64,000 bases of DNA from Chthoniobacteraceae bacterium (GCA_037190965.1 JBBCKI010000028.1:107350-171349), one strand, 5' to 3'. Shown: positions 1 through 10,652, counted from the stretch's first letter. Notes: a model not told the origin generated them from the sequence alone. Numbers and translations are program-made.

Positions 1-1
1 G

Positions 2-3000
2 GCGCTGCAAAGCAGTTTGATCGAAATCGGATCGGCCCCGACTATCGATGGAGCGCTGTTGCTGAAGGCGGATTTCTTCCGACAGGGCGGCTTCACCAGC
101 TATGCCTTGACGGGCATCGGGGCGCCTTCCAGCGAAACCGCGGCAGCGGGCGAGCCTGATCCTTACCTCCCGGGAATCTATATTGCGCCCGGCACACATC
201 TGAATCCGGTGGCGGTGGGGTTGATGGCATTTCCGCAGTTGGGTGCGGGGCAGAAACTTGACCTTGTCAGGATGCTACTACCCGAGGGCCAGCGGCAGGC
301 TACGAGCATCAGCTTCGTGGCTACCGGCTTTGACAATAGCTTTACAACGGATCTTCTGGAGATCCGGGGCGATATTGTCATGGGCGAAGACTCATCGCTA
401 AGGCTTGATGCCGGAGCATCTGCTTCTTTCAATGGCCAGACGGTCACTTTGTTGGGAGACGTAAGCGCTCCCGGTGGCAAGATCACGGTTGCGGGGGCAT
501 CAAGCTTCCCTCTGGCGTCGGCCCTGGCTTCCAGCGCCACGTATGCGCGTTCAACGGTTTTCATTGGATCGAACGCCTCGCTGTACGCAGGCGGCGCCAC
601 TGTCCTGACCCCGGATGCCTATGGACGGCGGACGGGGATTGTTTATTCCGGCGGAAGCATTTCGGTCTCCGGGAACATTGTGGCGGCTGAAGGGGCGGTA
701 TTGGATGTTTCGGGTGTGTCGGGCAGCCTCGATGTGCCGCTTTGGATGCTTGGCCAGAGTGCCGAATACCCGGCCACAAGCGGGATCAACGCTCCGCTTT
801 CCAGGCTCGCGACTCAGCGAACCCGCATTGACAGCAATGGTGGTTATATCGACCTGAGCGGCTCGCAGATGCTTTTCTCCGATGCCACCTTGCTGGGTAA
901 CAGCGGTGGCAAGAGTGCGGCGGGCGGAGCCCTCTCGATCTTCTCGGGCCGCTTCTATCCATCGACCAGCGCCCGCACCAGCGCCGACATCAACCTCGTC
1001 GTGACTCAAAGCGGTTCGGTGATTCCCGGCAGCAATACGCAGCTTGGGGTCGGCATGGCGGTCCTGAATGACGCCTCGGTGCCCTATGGCGGCATGGGTT
1101 ACTTCGCCGCCGATCGTTTTCTGGAAGGCGGGTTTGATTCGCTCGACCTCGGTGCCAAGTTCCTGGAATCCGCAAGTCCGATTCCGTATGGCGGTAACGT
1201 CCGATTCGAAGGTCCCGTTTCCATTGCCGCGCGCGGGCTTTTGCGCGTGGCCGGTGGCGGCGTGGTTGAAGCGACGGACTCGGTGCAGTTGGTCGCTCCG
1301 TATCTTGCCATTGGCCAGGCATTCCGTCAGCCGCAGAATCCGGGCGACACGGTGTTGCCGTTCCAGCAGACGTTATCGACAACGCCGGAGTACTATCTGG
1401 CGCCGACCCACGGGACGGGAACGCTTTCGCTTATCGGCCGCTCGATCGATGTCGGCACGGTTTCACTACAAAAGATCGGTGCCGCCAACCTGATTGCCCA
1501 GTCCGACATTCGCGGCAATGGAACGCTGAATATCGCAGGCGACCTTACCATGCAGGCGGGACAGATCTATCCCAGCTCGCTGGCCACGTTCGACATCTTT
1601 GCCTATGACCACGCAGGGACAGCCGGATCGGTCACGATCCTGGCTGGTAAAGCTACCACTCCTCCTCTTTCTGCAGGAGGCAAGTTGGGTATCTATGCTT
1701 CCAACATTGTTCAGGGAGGCGTGCTCCGCGCGCCGATCGGGTCGATCGTGCTCGGGTGGGATGGCAGTGATCTGGATCCCTCCGATGCGGCTTTGACTTC
1801 GCCGACCAATCTGGTGGTGGGCGGGTTGCTTTCCGCACCGGTGACACAATCGGTGACTTTGGCGGAAGGCAGCGTGACGTCGGTCTCCGGGTTGCTCCCG
1901 TCGGGCGAGGGGATGATCATTCCCTTTGGTCTCTCGCCGGATGGCTCCTCATGGATCGCCCCGGACGGCACCAATGTGACGCTCTCCGGGCTTCCTCAGA
2001 AGGAGGTCAAGATTGCCGGAGCCAACGTGGTGACGGAAGCGGGTTCGGTGATCGATTTGCGGGGCGGCGGCGATCTGGCTGCCTACCGATGGGTCTCCGG
2101 GGTGGGCGGCAGCATCGATCTGCTGAGCAGTCCTTCCGGGGATTGGAGCGCCAGCAGCTCTTATAAGGCAGGTGATCTCGTTTATTACAAGGGCCAGACC
2201 TGGTCGGCGCGTGCCAGCAGCACCGGGGTAACACCGAACGTCAGCCTATATTGGTCGCGGGTGGCAGAGTCGTACGCCATTCTGCCAGGCCTCAATAGCG
2301 AACTGGCTCCTTACGCCAGCTTTAATACCGGCGTGAATGCCGGATTGTTGAAGGGCAACCCCGGTTATGTCAGCAATCTTGCGTGGGGCTCTTCGATTTA
2401 CCTGAACCGGAGTTCCGGCCTTGCCGCAGGTTCCTACACTCTGCTGCCCAAGCAGTATGCCATGTTACCGGGGGCCTATTTGGTGACGGCGGTGAGTTCC
2501 GGCATCACGACGGATTACACTATGCCTGAAGGCGCGAACGTGGTTTCCGGTTATCTCTTCAACCAGTTTAACAAGCCGTCAGAGAGTGGGTTGTTCAGTC
2601 GCTTCGAGGTGGCATCGAGAGAGGTGATTGCGCGACGGGCCGCTTACGCGGTTTACTCCGCCAACGGCTTTATTCCGGCGGCTGCGGAGGAGAATGGCCT
2701 GGATAATGTGCAGCGCCTCCCCATTGACGCAGGACATCTGGTATTTCAGGGGATCAACTCGCTCGAGCTCCAGAATAGCATCCTTACCGATACGCCAACC
2801 GGAGGCAGGGGGGCTTTGGCAGACTTGAGCAGCTCTTCGGCGATCTGGATTACCGACGGTTCTTCAGCGCCCTCGGGCGTGGTGCTGGATTCCGCTCTGT
2901 TGAGTTCATGGGGCATCGAGAGTCTCTTGATTGGTGGCGTGCGCAACATCAGGGGAACGGATGTAACCGTGGATGTTCGCACCTCCTCGCTCACGCTCGA

Positions 3001-6000
3001 TAACGCTGCCTCGCCGCTCCGTGGTTCCGATGTGATCCTCGTTTCGCGCGATCAGTTAACGATGACGGAGGGAAGCTCTCTAGTCGCAACCGGGAACTCC
3101 ATCCTTACCGACAGGCTTCATATCGCCGGGGATGGGACGTTGCTCCGGGTCAGCGCGGGCCCCAATGCGGGAATCCTTCGCACGGACTTGACCGGTTCCA
3201 CCACGCCGTTGTTGACCATCGGAGCTGGCGCTTCGTTGGCCGGGGCTTCCGTGAATCTCGATTCGAGTTACGGAACCATGCTTGATTCCTCCGTGACGCT
3301 GAATGCCTCTTCATTGACGCTGGGGAGTGGCCAGATCAGCGTTGTTTTTGACAGTTATGAAGATTCGTTGGCGGGGAGCGTGGTTCCGTCGCATCTCGTT
3401 CTCTCCGGTGATCTCCTCGACAATGTGCAGACGGTCGGTGCGCTGAAGATCAAGAGTTACAGCTCCGTCGATTTCTATGGGAGCGGCACCTTCGGAAATG
3501 CGGCGCTGGATCTCGAGTTCATCTCCTCCGGGATTCGTGGGTTTGGGCAAGGCACAGACAACGTCATCGTGCAGTCGCGCCAGACGACCTTCAGCAACGA
3601 CTCAAAGATAGTCGCCCCAGCAACCCCTGGGATCGCCTCAGGAGGGTTTACTTGGCTTGCGGAAACCATTCGTCTCGGGAGCAACACGTTCCAGATCGCC
3701 GGGTATGAGAACCTGACCCTGACGGCCTCGAAGGCCCTTATCGGCCAGGGCTCGGGCGGCTTTGTGGCCTTGGGAGACCTGACGATCAATACCCCGCTTA
3801 TTACCGGAGCCAACGGTTCCGTGCAGGCAATCACCGCCACGGGGGCGTTGAACCTCGAATCGACGGGTGGCGAATCGAAGGTGGAGCCCGGCCTCGGCGC
3901 AACGCTCTCGCTGACTGGCGCGAGCATCAATGCCAATACCAACGTCGTGCTCCCCAGCGGCATGCTGCATCTGCGGGCGACCTCCGGCGATCTGACGGTG
4001 GGCGGAAACCTGAGTGCTCAAGGGACTCAAAAGGTATTCTTCGATTTCACCCGCTATACGAATGCCGGGCAGATCACTCTCCAGGCCGACGCGGGAGACG
4101 TGCATACGCTGGCAGGCAGCACGATCAATGTGGCTGCCGCAGCGAATGGAGGCGATGCCGGGACCCTGAAAGTCTTGACGCCGGAGGGGCACTTTGTCGT
4201 GGACGGTACTTTGCTGGCGCAGGCGGGCAAGGACGGTACGGCGGGTCGCTTCATTCTCGACACCGAGAGCCTCCCTTCCTACGACACGCTTAATAGCATT
4301 CTCGAATCGGGCGACTTCCTCGCTTCCCGCAAGATTCGCGTCCGCACGGGGGATGTTCTCATCGACGGGGTAACCCGGTCGCACGAGTTCCTGCTCGCGG
4401 CGGACTCGGGCAGCATTACCGTGACGGGTGAGATCGATGCCTCCGGCAAAACCGGTGGCGATATTACGCTGGCGGCGCACAAAAACCTCGTTCTGGGCTC
4501 GGGCGCGTTCCTGAATGCCCACGCGGAAAAGTTCAGCGCGTCCGGCGCTGGCGGCTCGATCACGCTGGAGGCAGGCACGACCTACAATGGCGTCGCTGAT
4601 GGATCGGCCATTCTGGATATTTCCAACACCGGCACGGTGATCGACCTCGGTGTCGACGAGTCTATTGCGGGAAGTTACACCACCCCCGGCTCCAGCGCAT
4701 TCAATGGCCGGTTCGAAGGGATACTGCACTTGCGCGCGCCCCGGACGGCCGGGAACAACGATCTGAGGATTTCCGCAATTGGCGCAACGATCAACGGAGC
4801 CTCCGGGATCCTTGCGGAAGGCTTCGAGGTCTATAATCTGACCAGCACCGGCGGCGTGATTACCGGCTGGCGCTCCTCTTTCACCGCATTGCCGTCGGCA
4901 AGCACGGTCCAGAAAGCCGTTTACGACAGCGCCAATTCCTTCCTCGGGACGAGCAACTACAATACGATGATGAGCCGCCTGCTCGGTTCAGATTCGCAGG
5001 GACTCTCCGACCGGCTGGTGCTCGCACCCGGTGTCGAAATTATCAATCTTACCGGAGACTTGACGTTGGGTTCCAGCAGCTCGACCTCCACCGCGCTGGG
5101 AAGCGCGTCTCAGACATCGGCGGATTGGAATCTTGCGGACTTCCGCTTTGGCCCGAAACAGGCCGCAGGGGTGTTGACGCTGCGCGCCGCCGGAAACCTC
5201 AATTTCTACAACGCCTTGAGCGATGGATTTGCGGGGACTCTCCCGACGGGGACGGTGGCGGGGCAGTCGCTCTGGTTAAGCCCTCTCAAAACGGCAGTGG
5301 GTACTCTTCCGCTGCCTCTCCAGTCGTGGTCTTACCGATTGGCGGCGGGCTCCGATCTGGCATCGGCTGATTTCAACCAGGTCAAACCGCTGGAAGAGAT
5401 GGCCGAGGGTAAAGGCTCCGTCATCGTCGGAAAATACTACGCAGCCTCGCTGGTCTCCGGTTCCGCTGCGACGACGGGCACGGCCATCACCAATCGCTAC
5501 CAGGTCATCCGGACCGGCGCGGGCAGCATCGATATTGCCGCCGCGCGGGATGTCCAGTTGCGGAACCAGTTTGCCACAATCTATACGGCAGGTGTGGCCC
5601 TCCCGACACCCACGTCGATCTTCTCCATGGATGACTTCGTGATCCCCTCCGTGTCGCAGACATCCGCGCAGCACCCGGATCAAGGCTCATACCTCGGGGC
5701 CGCGCAGCAGATCTTCAGGCCCCAATGGTCGCTGGCCGGTGGCGATGTCAACATCCGCGCGCAGCATAATGTTGGACGCTATACCCTTTACAACGGGGTT
5801 GAGATCGTCGACTCGTCGCGCCAGATCCCTACCAACTGGCTCTATCGCCGTGGGTATGTCGATCCGACCACCGGTCTCTTCGGAGTTGCCGGGGTTGATG
5901 GCGGGCTTGGCAGAAACGTGACGGATTCAACGGCTTCGACCACCTGGTGGATCGACTTCAGCAACTTCTTCCAGGGAGTCGGCGCACTGGGCGGGGGGAA

Positions 6001-8581
6001 CGTGACGATGGTTGCGGGGAATGACATCGTGAATGTTGACGCGGCGATCCCGACAAACGCCCGTATGTCCGGTCGCGTCGCCAATGGCAGCGGTGGGTAT
6101 GATAATATCGCGCCGAATGCCAATAATCTGGTGGAACTTGGGGGTGGCAATCTGCAGGTCCGTGCCGGTCATAATATTGACGGCGGCATCTACTATGTAG
6201 AGAGGGGCCAGGGCAAACTCTTTGCCGGAGGTTCGATTACCACCAATGCAAGCCGCTCCCCGTCGATGGGGATTCTCGGGTCGAATTTCTTCCCGGATTC
6301 CACCGTCCAGAGTAACACTCCATCGGTTTACGATCCTTTGACATGGATGCCGACGACCTTGTTCCTTGGGAAGAGTTCCTTTGAGGTCAACGCGCTGGGC
6401 TCGGTGTTGATCGGCCCTGCCTCCAACGTCTTCCTCCTGCCGCAAGGGGTTAACAACAAGTTCTGGTACAAGACCTACTTCAGCACCTATTCATCGGATG
6501 CTTCCGTATCGGTGGCTTCCTATGGAAGCAGTGTGACCCATCGCCTGGCGGTGACGTTGCCAGGCGAAAGCTCCCCGCGCTCGATGCTGGATGCATGGAT
6601 CATGAATGAGAACCTTTTCGCAGGTTCCTCGCAGCGTGCCTCCTATAACCAGCCCTGGATTCGACTTGCGGAGGCCGATACGGTCTACTTCCAGACTCTC
6701 TTCAAGGTGAACGCGCCAACCCTCGAAAGCACGGCATTCGGCGGTGATGTAAATATGGTCGGCAACCTGACGCTCTTCCCGTCGCCAAGGGGTTCGCTGG
6801 AGATCGCCGCAGCGGGCGCCATCAACGGGTTGAATCCTTCGGGCAAATCCATGCTCTCCTCCAAGGCAACTACAGTCTGGACGGGAGCCACGATCAATCT
6901 TTCCGATGCTGATCCTTTAATGGTGCCGGGGGTGACTTCGCCGTTGGCATACTTCACCTTCTCGGGTCGGACGCTGTTGAGCTCGCGCGATAGTCGCACT
7001 AATCCATTCACATCCCTCGATGCGATGTTCGGGGAGACGGGTTCCTACGCAGACGAAGCGGGCACGCCTGCCTTCCAGAAGATGCGCCATGCCCCCGGCA
7101 TCCTGCACCTCGCGGATCTCAAGCCGGTGCGGCTCTATGCCGCCGATGGGGATATCAGCGGTCTCGGTCTCTTTTCGCCGAAAGAGACGCGGATTCTGGC
7201 AGGGCACAACATTGCCGATATCAGCTTCTATATTCAGAATACGAAGGAATCCGATATCTCGATCGTTGCGGCCGGGCGGGATATCACTGCCTATAACGAA
7301 AACAGCTTGATTCGTTCGGTGGCCGATAACTTCCAGCTCGGGAACTATATTGGCGACTTGGAGCGGACCACCGTATCCGGCGGCAAGACGAAGGTCTTCT
7401 CCGGCGACATTCAGATCAGCGGTCCCGGCACTTTGCAAGTCTTGGCAGGGCGCAACCTTGACCTCGGGACTGGGCCGAACCTTGCGGACGGCACTGGCGT
7501 CGGGATTACCAGCATCGGCAACTTCCGGAATCCTTCACTGCCGTTCGGTGGGGCAGATCTGATACTCGGTGCCGGGGTCGGCTTTGCCAACGGGCTCTCC
7601 GGAGGAAAGATGGACTTTGCGGGGTTCATTGATCAGTTCATCCTCTCTCCCGCCCCGACAAGCCCGGATTACCTGGCGCAGATGGGCTACACCGAGGAAG
7701 AGTTCCTTGCCATGTCCAGCCAAGAGCAGGCCGTGCTTGCCTTGGAGGTTTTCTATCGGGTGCTCCGGGATTCCGGGCGTGCGCTAACAACCGGGCTGGG
7801 CATTCCTTACATGAGCGGCGCGGAGGCCATTGCCACGCTCTTCCCGGGTGACGAGGGATGGGGCGGCGGCCTGAATACCCGTGCGCGTGATGTTCGCACC
7901 AGCACCGGCGGTTCCATAGCGATTCTTGCTCACGACGGCGTCAGCATGGCTTCCGATATCTTTGGCAACCCGTTGACGCCACCGGGCATCGTGACGGAAT
8001 ACGGCGGCGGGATCTCCATCTTCACCGGTGGCGATGTCAATATCGGTCGCGCCCGGATCTTCACCCTCCGAGGAGGCGACATCATGATCTGGTCCTCCAA
8101 TGGCAACATCGCCGCGGGCACCTCGCCCAAGACGGTGGTCACCGCCCCGCCGACGCGCGTCGTCTTCGATATTAACAGCGCGGATGTGGCGACCGACCTC
8201 GGCGGGTTGGCGACAGGAGGCGGGATCGGCGTTCTGGCGGCGGTCACCGGAGTCGTGGCAGGCGATGTCGATCTGATTGCTCCCAGTGGCTATGTGGACG
8301 CCGGTGACGCCGGGATCCGCTCCACCGGGAACCTAAGTATCGCCGCATCGGCCGTGTTGAATGCCGGAAACATCCAGGCCGGCGGCGGCTCCACCGGGGT
8401 TCCTTCCGCACCGACGGCTCCCGCTCCGAATATCTCGGGGATGACAACGGCTTCCACCGCGACGACCGCCGCAAGCAGTACCGCCCAAACCTATGCCCAG
8501 CAAAAGCCTCAGACAACCACCACGGAAGAGGAGGAAGAGGCCTCGCTCTTCAATGTCGAGGTGATTGGTTATGGAGGATAA
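2..8581 (+). CDS. Giant filamentous haemagglutinin-family exoprotein with C-terminal DUF3739-type domain (5' end lies outside the window)
   Basis: Frame is open from position 2 to TAA at 8581 (>2850 aa). Gly/Ser/Ala/Thr-rich beta-helix-like repeats (GGxIxL). C-terminal block GDVNIGRARIFTLRGGDIMIWSSNGNIAAG...GDVDLIAPSGYVDAGDAGIR, ending VEVIGYGG, is typical of this family. Confidence 0.85.
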   Translation, partial: ALQSSLIEIGSAPTIDGALLLKADFFRQGGFTSYALTGIGAPSSETAAAGEPDPYLPGIYIAPGTHLNPVAVGLMAFPQLGAGQKLDLVRMLLPEGQRQATSISFVATGFDNSFTTDLLEIRGDIVMGEDSSLRLDAGASASFNGQTVTLLGDVSAPGGKITVAGASSFPLASALASSATYARSTVFIGSNASLYAGGATVLTPDAYGRRTGIVYSGGSISVSGNIVAAEGAVLDVSGVSGSLDVPLWMLGQSAEYPATSGINAPLSRLATQRTRIDSNGGYIDLSGSQMLFSDATLLGNSGGKSAAGGALSIFSGRFYPSTSARTSADINLVVTQSGSVIPGSNTQLGVGMAVLNDASVPYGGMGYFAADRFLEGGFDSLDLGAKFLESASPIPYGGNVRFEGPVSIAARGLLRVAGGGVVEATDSVQLVAPYLAIGQAFRQPQNPGDTVLPFQQTLSTTPEYYLAPTHGTGTLSLIGRSIDVGTVSLQKIGAANLIAQSDIRGNGTLNIAGDLTMQAGQIYPSSLATFDIFAYDHAGTAGSVTILAGKATTPPLSAGGKLGIYASNIVQGGVLRAPIGSIVLGWDGSDLDPSDAALTSPTNLVVGGLLSAPVTQSVTLAEGSVTSVSGLLPSGEGMIIPFGLSPDGSSWIAPDGTNVTLSGLPQKEVKIAGANVVTEAGSVIDLRGGGDLAAYRWVSGVGGSIDLLSSPSGDWSASSSYKAGDLVYYKGQTWSARASSTGVTPNVSLYWSRVAESYAILPGLNSELAPYASFNTGVNAGLLKGNPGYVSNLAWGSSIYLNRSSGLAAGSYTLLPKQYAMLPGAYLVTAVSSGITTDYTMPEGANVVSGYLFNQFNKPSESGLFSRFEVASREVIARRAAYAVYSANGFIPAAAEENGLDNVQRLPIDAGHLVFQGINSLELQNSILTDTPTGGRGALADLSSSSAIWITDGSSAPSGVVLDSALLSSWGIESLLIGGVRNIRGTDVTVDVRTSSLTLDNAASPLRGSDVILVSRDQLTMTEGSSLVATGNSILTDRLHIAGDGTLLRVSAGPNAGILRTDLTGSTTPLLTIGAGASLAGASVNLDSSYGTMLDSSVTLNASSLTLGSGQISVVFDSYEDSLAGSVVPSHLVLSGDLLDNVQTVGALKIKSYSSVDFYGSGTFGNAALDLEFISSGIRGFGQGTDNVIVQSRQTTFSNDSKIVAPATPGIASGGFTWLAETIRLGSNTFQIAGYENLTLTASKALIGQGSGGFVALGDLTINTPLITGANGSVQAITATGALNLESTGGESKVEPGLGATLSLTGASINANTNVVLPSGMLHLRATSGDLTVGGNLSAQGTQKVFFDFTRYTNAGQITLQADAGDVHTLAGSTINVAAAANGGDAGTLKVLTPEGHFVVDGTLLAQAGKDGTAGRFILDTESLPSYDTLNSILESGDFLASRKIRVRTGDVLIDGVTRSHEFLLAADSGSITVTGEIDASGKTGGDITLAAHKNLVLGSGAFLNAHAEKFSASGAGGSITLEAGTTYNGVADGSAILDISNTGTVIDLGVDESIAGSYTTPGSSAFNGRFEGILHLRAPRTAGNNDLRISAIGATINGASGILAEGFEVYNLTSTGGVITGWRSSFTALPSASTVQKAVYDSANSFLGTSNYNTMMSRLLGSDSQGLSDRLVLAPGVEIINLTGDLTLGSSSSTSTALGSASQTSADWNLADFRFGPKQAAGVLTLRAAGNLNFYNALSDGFAGTLPTGTVAGQSLWLSPLKTAVGTLPLPLQSWSYRLAAGSDLASADFNQVKPLEEMAEGKGSVIVGKYYAASLVSGSAATTGTAITNRYQVIRTGAGSIDIAAARDVQLRNQFATIYTAGVALPTPTSIFSMDDFVIPSVSQTSAQHPDQGSYLGAAQQIFRPQWSLAGGDVNIRAQHNVGRYTLYNGVEIVDSSRQIPTNWLYRRGYVDPTTGLFGVAGVDGGLGRNVTDSTASTTWWIDFSNFFQGVGALGGGNVTMVAGNDIVNVDAAIPTNARMSGRVANGSGGYDNIAPNANNLVELGGGNLQVRAGHNIDGGIYYVERGQGKLFAGGSITTNASRSPSMGILGSNFFPDSTVQSNTPSVYDPLTWMPTTLFLGKSSFEVNALGSVLIGPASNVFLLPQGVNNKFWYKTYFSTYSSDASVSVASYGSSVTHRLAVTLPGESSPRSMLDAWIMNENLFAGSSQRASYNQPWIRLAEADTVYFQTLFKVNAPTLESTAFGGDVNMVGNLTLFPSPRGSLEIAAAGAINGLNPSGKSMLSSKATTVWTGATINLSDADPLMVPGVTSPLAYFTFSGRTLLSSRDSRTNPFTSLDAMFGETGSYADEAGTPAFQKMRHAPGILHLADLKPVRLYAADGDISGLGLFSPKETRILAGHNIADISFYIQNTKESDISIVAAGRDITAYNENSLIRSVADNFQLGNYIGDLERTTVSGGKTKVFSGDIQISGPGTLQVLAGRNLDLGTGPNLADGTGVGITSIGNFRNPSLPFGGADLILGAGVGFANGLSGGKMDFAGFIDQFILSPAPTSPDYLAQMGYTEEEFLAMSSQEQAVLALEVFYRVLRDSGRALTTGLGIPYMSGAEAIATLFPGDEGWGGGLNTRARDVRTSTGGSIAILAHDGVSMASDIFGNPLTPPGIVTEYGGGISIFTGGDVNIGRARIFTLRGGDIMIWSSNGNIAAGTSPKTVVTAPPTRVVFDINSADVATDLGGLATGGGIGVLAAVTGVVAGDVDLIAPSGYVDAGDAGIRSTGNLSIAASAVLNAGNIQAGGGSTGVPSAPTAPAPNISGMTTASTATTAASSTAQTYAQQKPQTTTTEEEEEASLFNVEVIGYGG

Positions 8582-8617
8582 AGAGGCTTGAAATTATCTT
8601 AAACAACGCGGCGAAGG

Positions 8618-8647
8618 TTGCATTGAGAGGCCAGTCCAATTAATGAT
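8618..8647 (+). promoter_or_regulatory. Candidate sigma70 promoter of the first fucosidase (possibly leaderless)
   Basis: TTGCAT at 8618-8623, 18-nt spacer, AATGAT at 8642-8647, then 6 nt to ATG 8654. No Shine-Dalgarno. Confidence 0.4.
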
Positions 8648-8653
8648 TGCGCG

Positions 8654-9940
8654 ATGAACGATCAAAGCGCCGTTGCGCCTTCATGGTTTGAACAGGCTCG
8701 GTATGGGCTTTTTATCCACTTCGGGCTGTATAGTCTTCTGGAACGCGGGGAATGGGTGATGAACCGGGAAGGAATTCCTCCTGCGGAATATCGCAAGCTG
8801 GCCGACCGGTTTCGCCCCGATCGTTTTGACGCGGAAGCCATCGTCGATCTCGCCGTAGCGGCGGGGATGCGGTATATCGTGTTCACGACGATGCATCATG
8901 AAGGGTTTCGTCTTTATGACACCGGCCTTTCGGATTTCTCCTCGGCTCGCACGGAGGCGAAGCGGGACTTCATTGCGGAAGTGGTGGCGGCGGCGCGGAG
9001 CCGGAATCTGAAGATCGGTTTGTATCACAGCCTGAACAACTGGTTCGACCAGCCCGACAGCGTGGCCGCGCTTGAAGATCCCCAGGCAAAAGAACGGTTT
9101 ATCGAGGCAACATTCCAGCGGATCAGGGAACTGGTCACGCTCTTTCAGCCAATTGATATTCTTTGGTACGACGGCTGGTGGCCTTTTGATGCCAAGGGGT
9201 GGGAGGCGGAGCGGATGAATCGCATGGTACGCGAGATTCAGCCTCACATTCTCTTTAACGGACGCAATGGGCTGCCCGGAGATTTTGCGACGCCGGAGCA
9301 GCATCTCGCCGCCCCCAGTCCGTGGCGCCCGTGGGAGGCATGCGTAACCCTTAATGATAGCTGGGGATACCATGCCGGAGATCATCACTGGAAGAGCCCG
9401 CTCGAAGTGATCAAAATGCTGGCCAGAGTGGCGCAAGGTCGGGGGAATCTCCTCCTTAACCTTGGGCTCCCCGGAGATGGAAGCATCCCGGAGGAGGGGG
9501 ATCGCATCCTTCGCGAGGTGGGCGAATGGATCAAGGTCAACCGAGAAGCGATTTTCGACACGGAACTCTGGACCGTCGATCCTTACCATCGTGGCGATCA
9601 CCGGGGGGACTGGGTTCATCACGGTCCCATCACTACGAAAGGCAACGATCTTTACCTTATCGCGACAGCTCCTCCCGTCGAAGAGTTGGTGATCTCGGGG
9701 TTGGAGGCGGAGGTGCTCGAAGTGCGGCAGCTTGGTGGCGAGACGCTTTCATTCCGGCAAGGCGACGGACGCTTGCGGGTGACGCTGGACGGAGGATCCC
9801 GGCAAACCGCGAAATCATCGATTCCCGTCTACCGGATTCGTTGCGATCGCCCGCCGTCGATTTACAAAACCGGCGGGATGCGGATTCCGGCGTGCGAGCA
9901 TCCGAGATACGATCCCGTCTGCTCCGACATTTCCTGGTAA
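8654..9940 (+). CDS. Alpha-L-fucosidase, GH29
   Basis: WFEQARYGLFIHFG, TTMHHEGF, LYHS, nucleophile motif WYDG, WEACVTL..SWGY, GNLLLN. No signal peptide. Confidence 0.9.
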   Translation: MNDQSAVAPSWFEQARYGLFIHFGLYSLLERGEWVMNREGIPPAEYRKLADRFRPDRFDAEAIVDLAVAAGMRYIVFTTMHHEGFRLYDTGLSDFSSARTEAKRDFIAEVVAAARSRNLKIGLYHSLNNWFDQPDSVAALEDPQAKERFIEATFQRIRELVTLFQPIDILWYDGWWPFDAKGWEAERMNRMVREIQPHILFNGRNGLPGDFATPEQHLAAPSPWRPWEACVTLNDSWGYHAGDHHWKSPLEVIKMLARVAQGRGNLLLNLGLPGDGSIPEEGDRILREVGEWIKVNREAIFDTELWTVDPYHRGDHRGDWVHHGPITTKGNDLYLIATAPPVEELVISGLEAEVLEVRQLGGETLSFRQGDGRLRVTLDGGSRQTAKSSIPVYRIRCDRPPSIYKTGGMRIPACEHPRYDPVCSDISW

Positions 9941-9948
9941 TTTCCCTC

Positions 9949-9972
9949 GGGCGGCAGTCATAACTGCCGCCC
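9949..9972 (+). terminator. GC-rich hairpin just after the fucosidase stop
   Basis: Perfect inverted repeat GGGCGGCAGT-CATA-ACTGCCGCCC; U-tract is weak. Confidence 0.5.
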
Positions 9973-10020
9973 ATTCAGGAGTGGATTTGCACGTCCGGAG
10001 GGATGCGGGAAAGCAAGCAA

Positions 10021-10166
10021 GGTAGTCCGCTCTCGCCGAGAGCGCGGGATGGGTTTTCGAGTCGCGTTCGATATCCATCCCCGCAGGACGGGCTCCGGGT
10101 GATTGGGATGCGCGCTGATAAAGCTACGGAGCCGATGCGCGCGCTTGACGGCGCGAGCGTGCTACC
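10021..10166 (+). repeat. Family A GTAG-tagged REP doublet (REPIN-like), copy 1
   Basis: GGTAGTCCGCTCTCGCCGAGAGCGCGGG ... CGGCGCGAGCGTGCTACC, followed by GGTGCTGCCGCACC. Homologous to 19167, 44875, 63665 and 63842. Confidence 0.85.
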
Positions 10167-10250
10167 GGTGCTGCCGCACCATTCTCGCTATTGTTGACGC
10201 CCTTGGATTCCACTGATAAGAGCGAGAAGCCAAGTTATCGAAAGTAAGCC

Positions 10251-10652
10251 TCAAGACGATAGGCGGACATAGAGAATGCCGCCTTGAATTTCCACCGGAA
10301 ACTTCTCCAGGTTTTCGTTTTCAGGGGATGTCACTTCAACGGGAAACTTCTTCAAGCGAACATCGGGATCGACGAGGTGCACACCGGTCTTCAGGTCGAA
10401 TTCCCAACCATGCCACGGACAGCGAAGAATACAGCCTTCGCGGCCATAGGAGTATTCATAGACCGGGGATGGAAGCGTCGTTCCGCTGATCTTGCCAACG
10501 CAGACAGGCGCGCCTGCATGAGGGCAGATATTGCGGTAAGCATGGTATTCTCCGCCGACGTTAAAAACGCCGATCTCGGTGCGTCCGATGAGAATGAGCT
10601 TGCGCTTGCCGGGTTCCAGTTCGGAGATGGGGCAGACAGGATGGAGAGGCAT
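10251..10652 (-). CDS. Rieske [2Fe-2S] ferredoxin
   Basis: NICPHAGAP and LRCPWHGWEF motifs; 133 aa. Confidence 0.92.
   Translation of the reverse strand: MPLHPVCPISELEPGKRKLILIGRTEIGVFNVGGEYHAYRNICPHAGAPVCVGKISGTTLPSPVYEYSYGREGCILRCPWHGWEFDLKTGVHLVDPDVRLKKFPVEVTSPENENLEKFPVEIQGGILYVRLSS

Noticed and set aside
10003..10197. Short ORFs over repeats (also 19119-19340, 44771-45034, 63173-63841)
   Set aside because: Their mutual similarity comes from the family A repeat; no evidence of coding.
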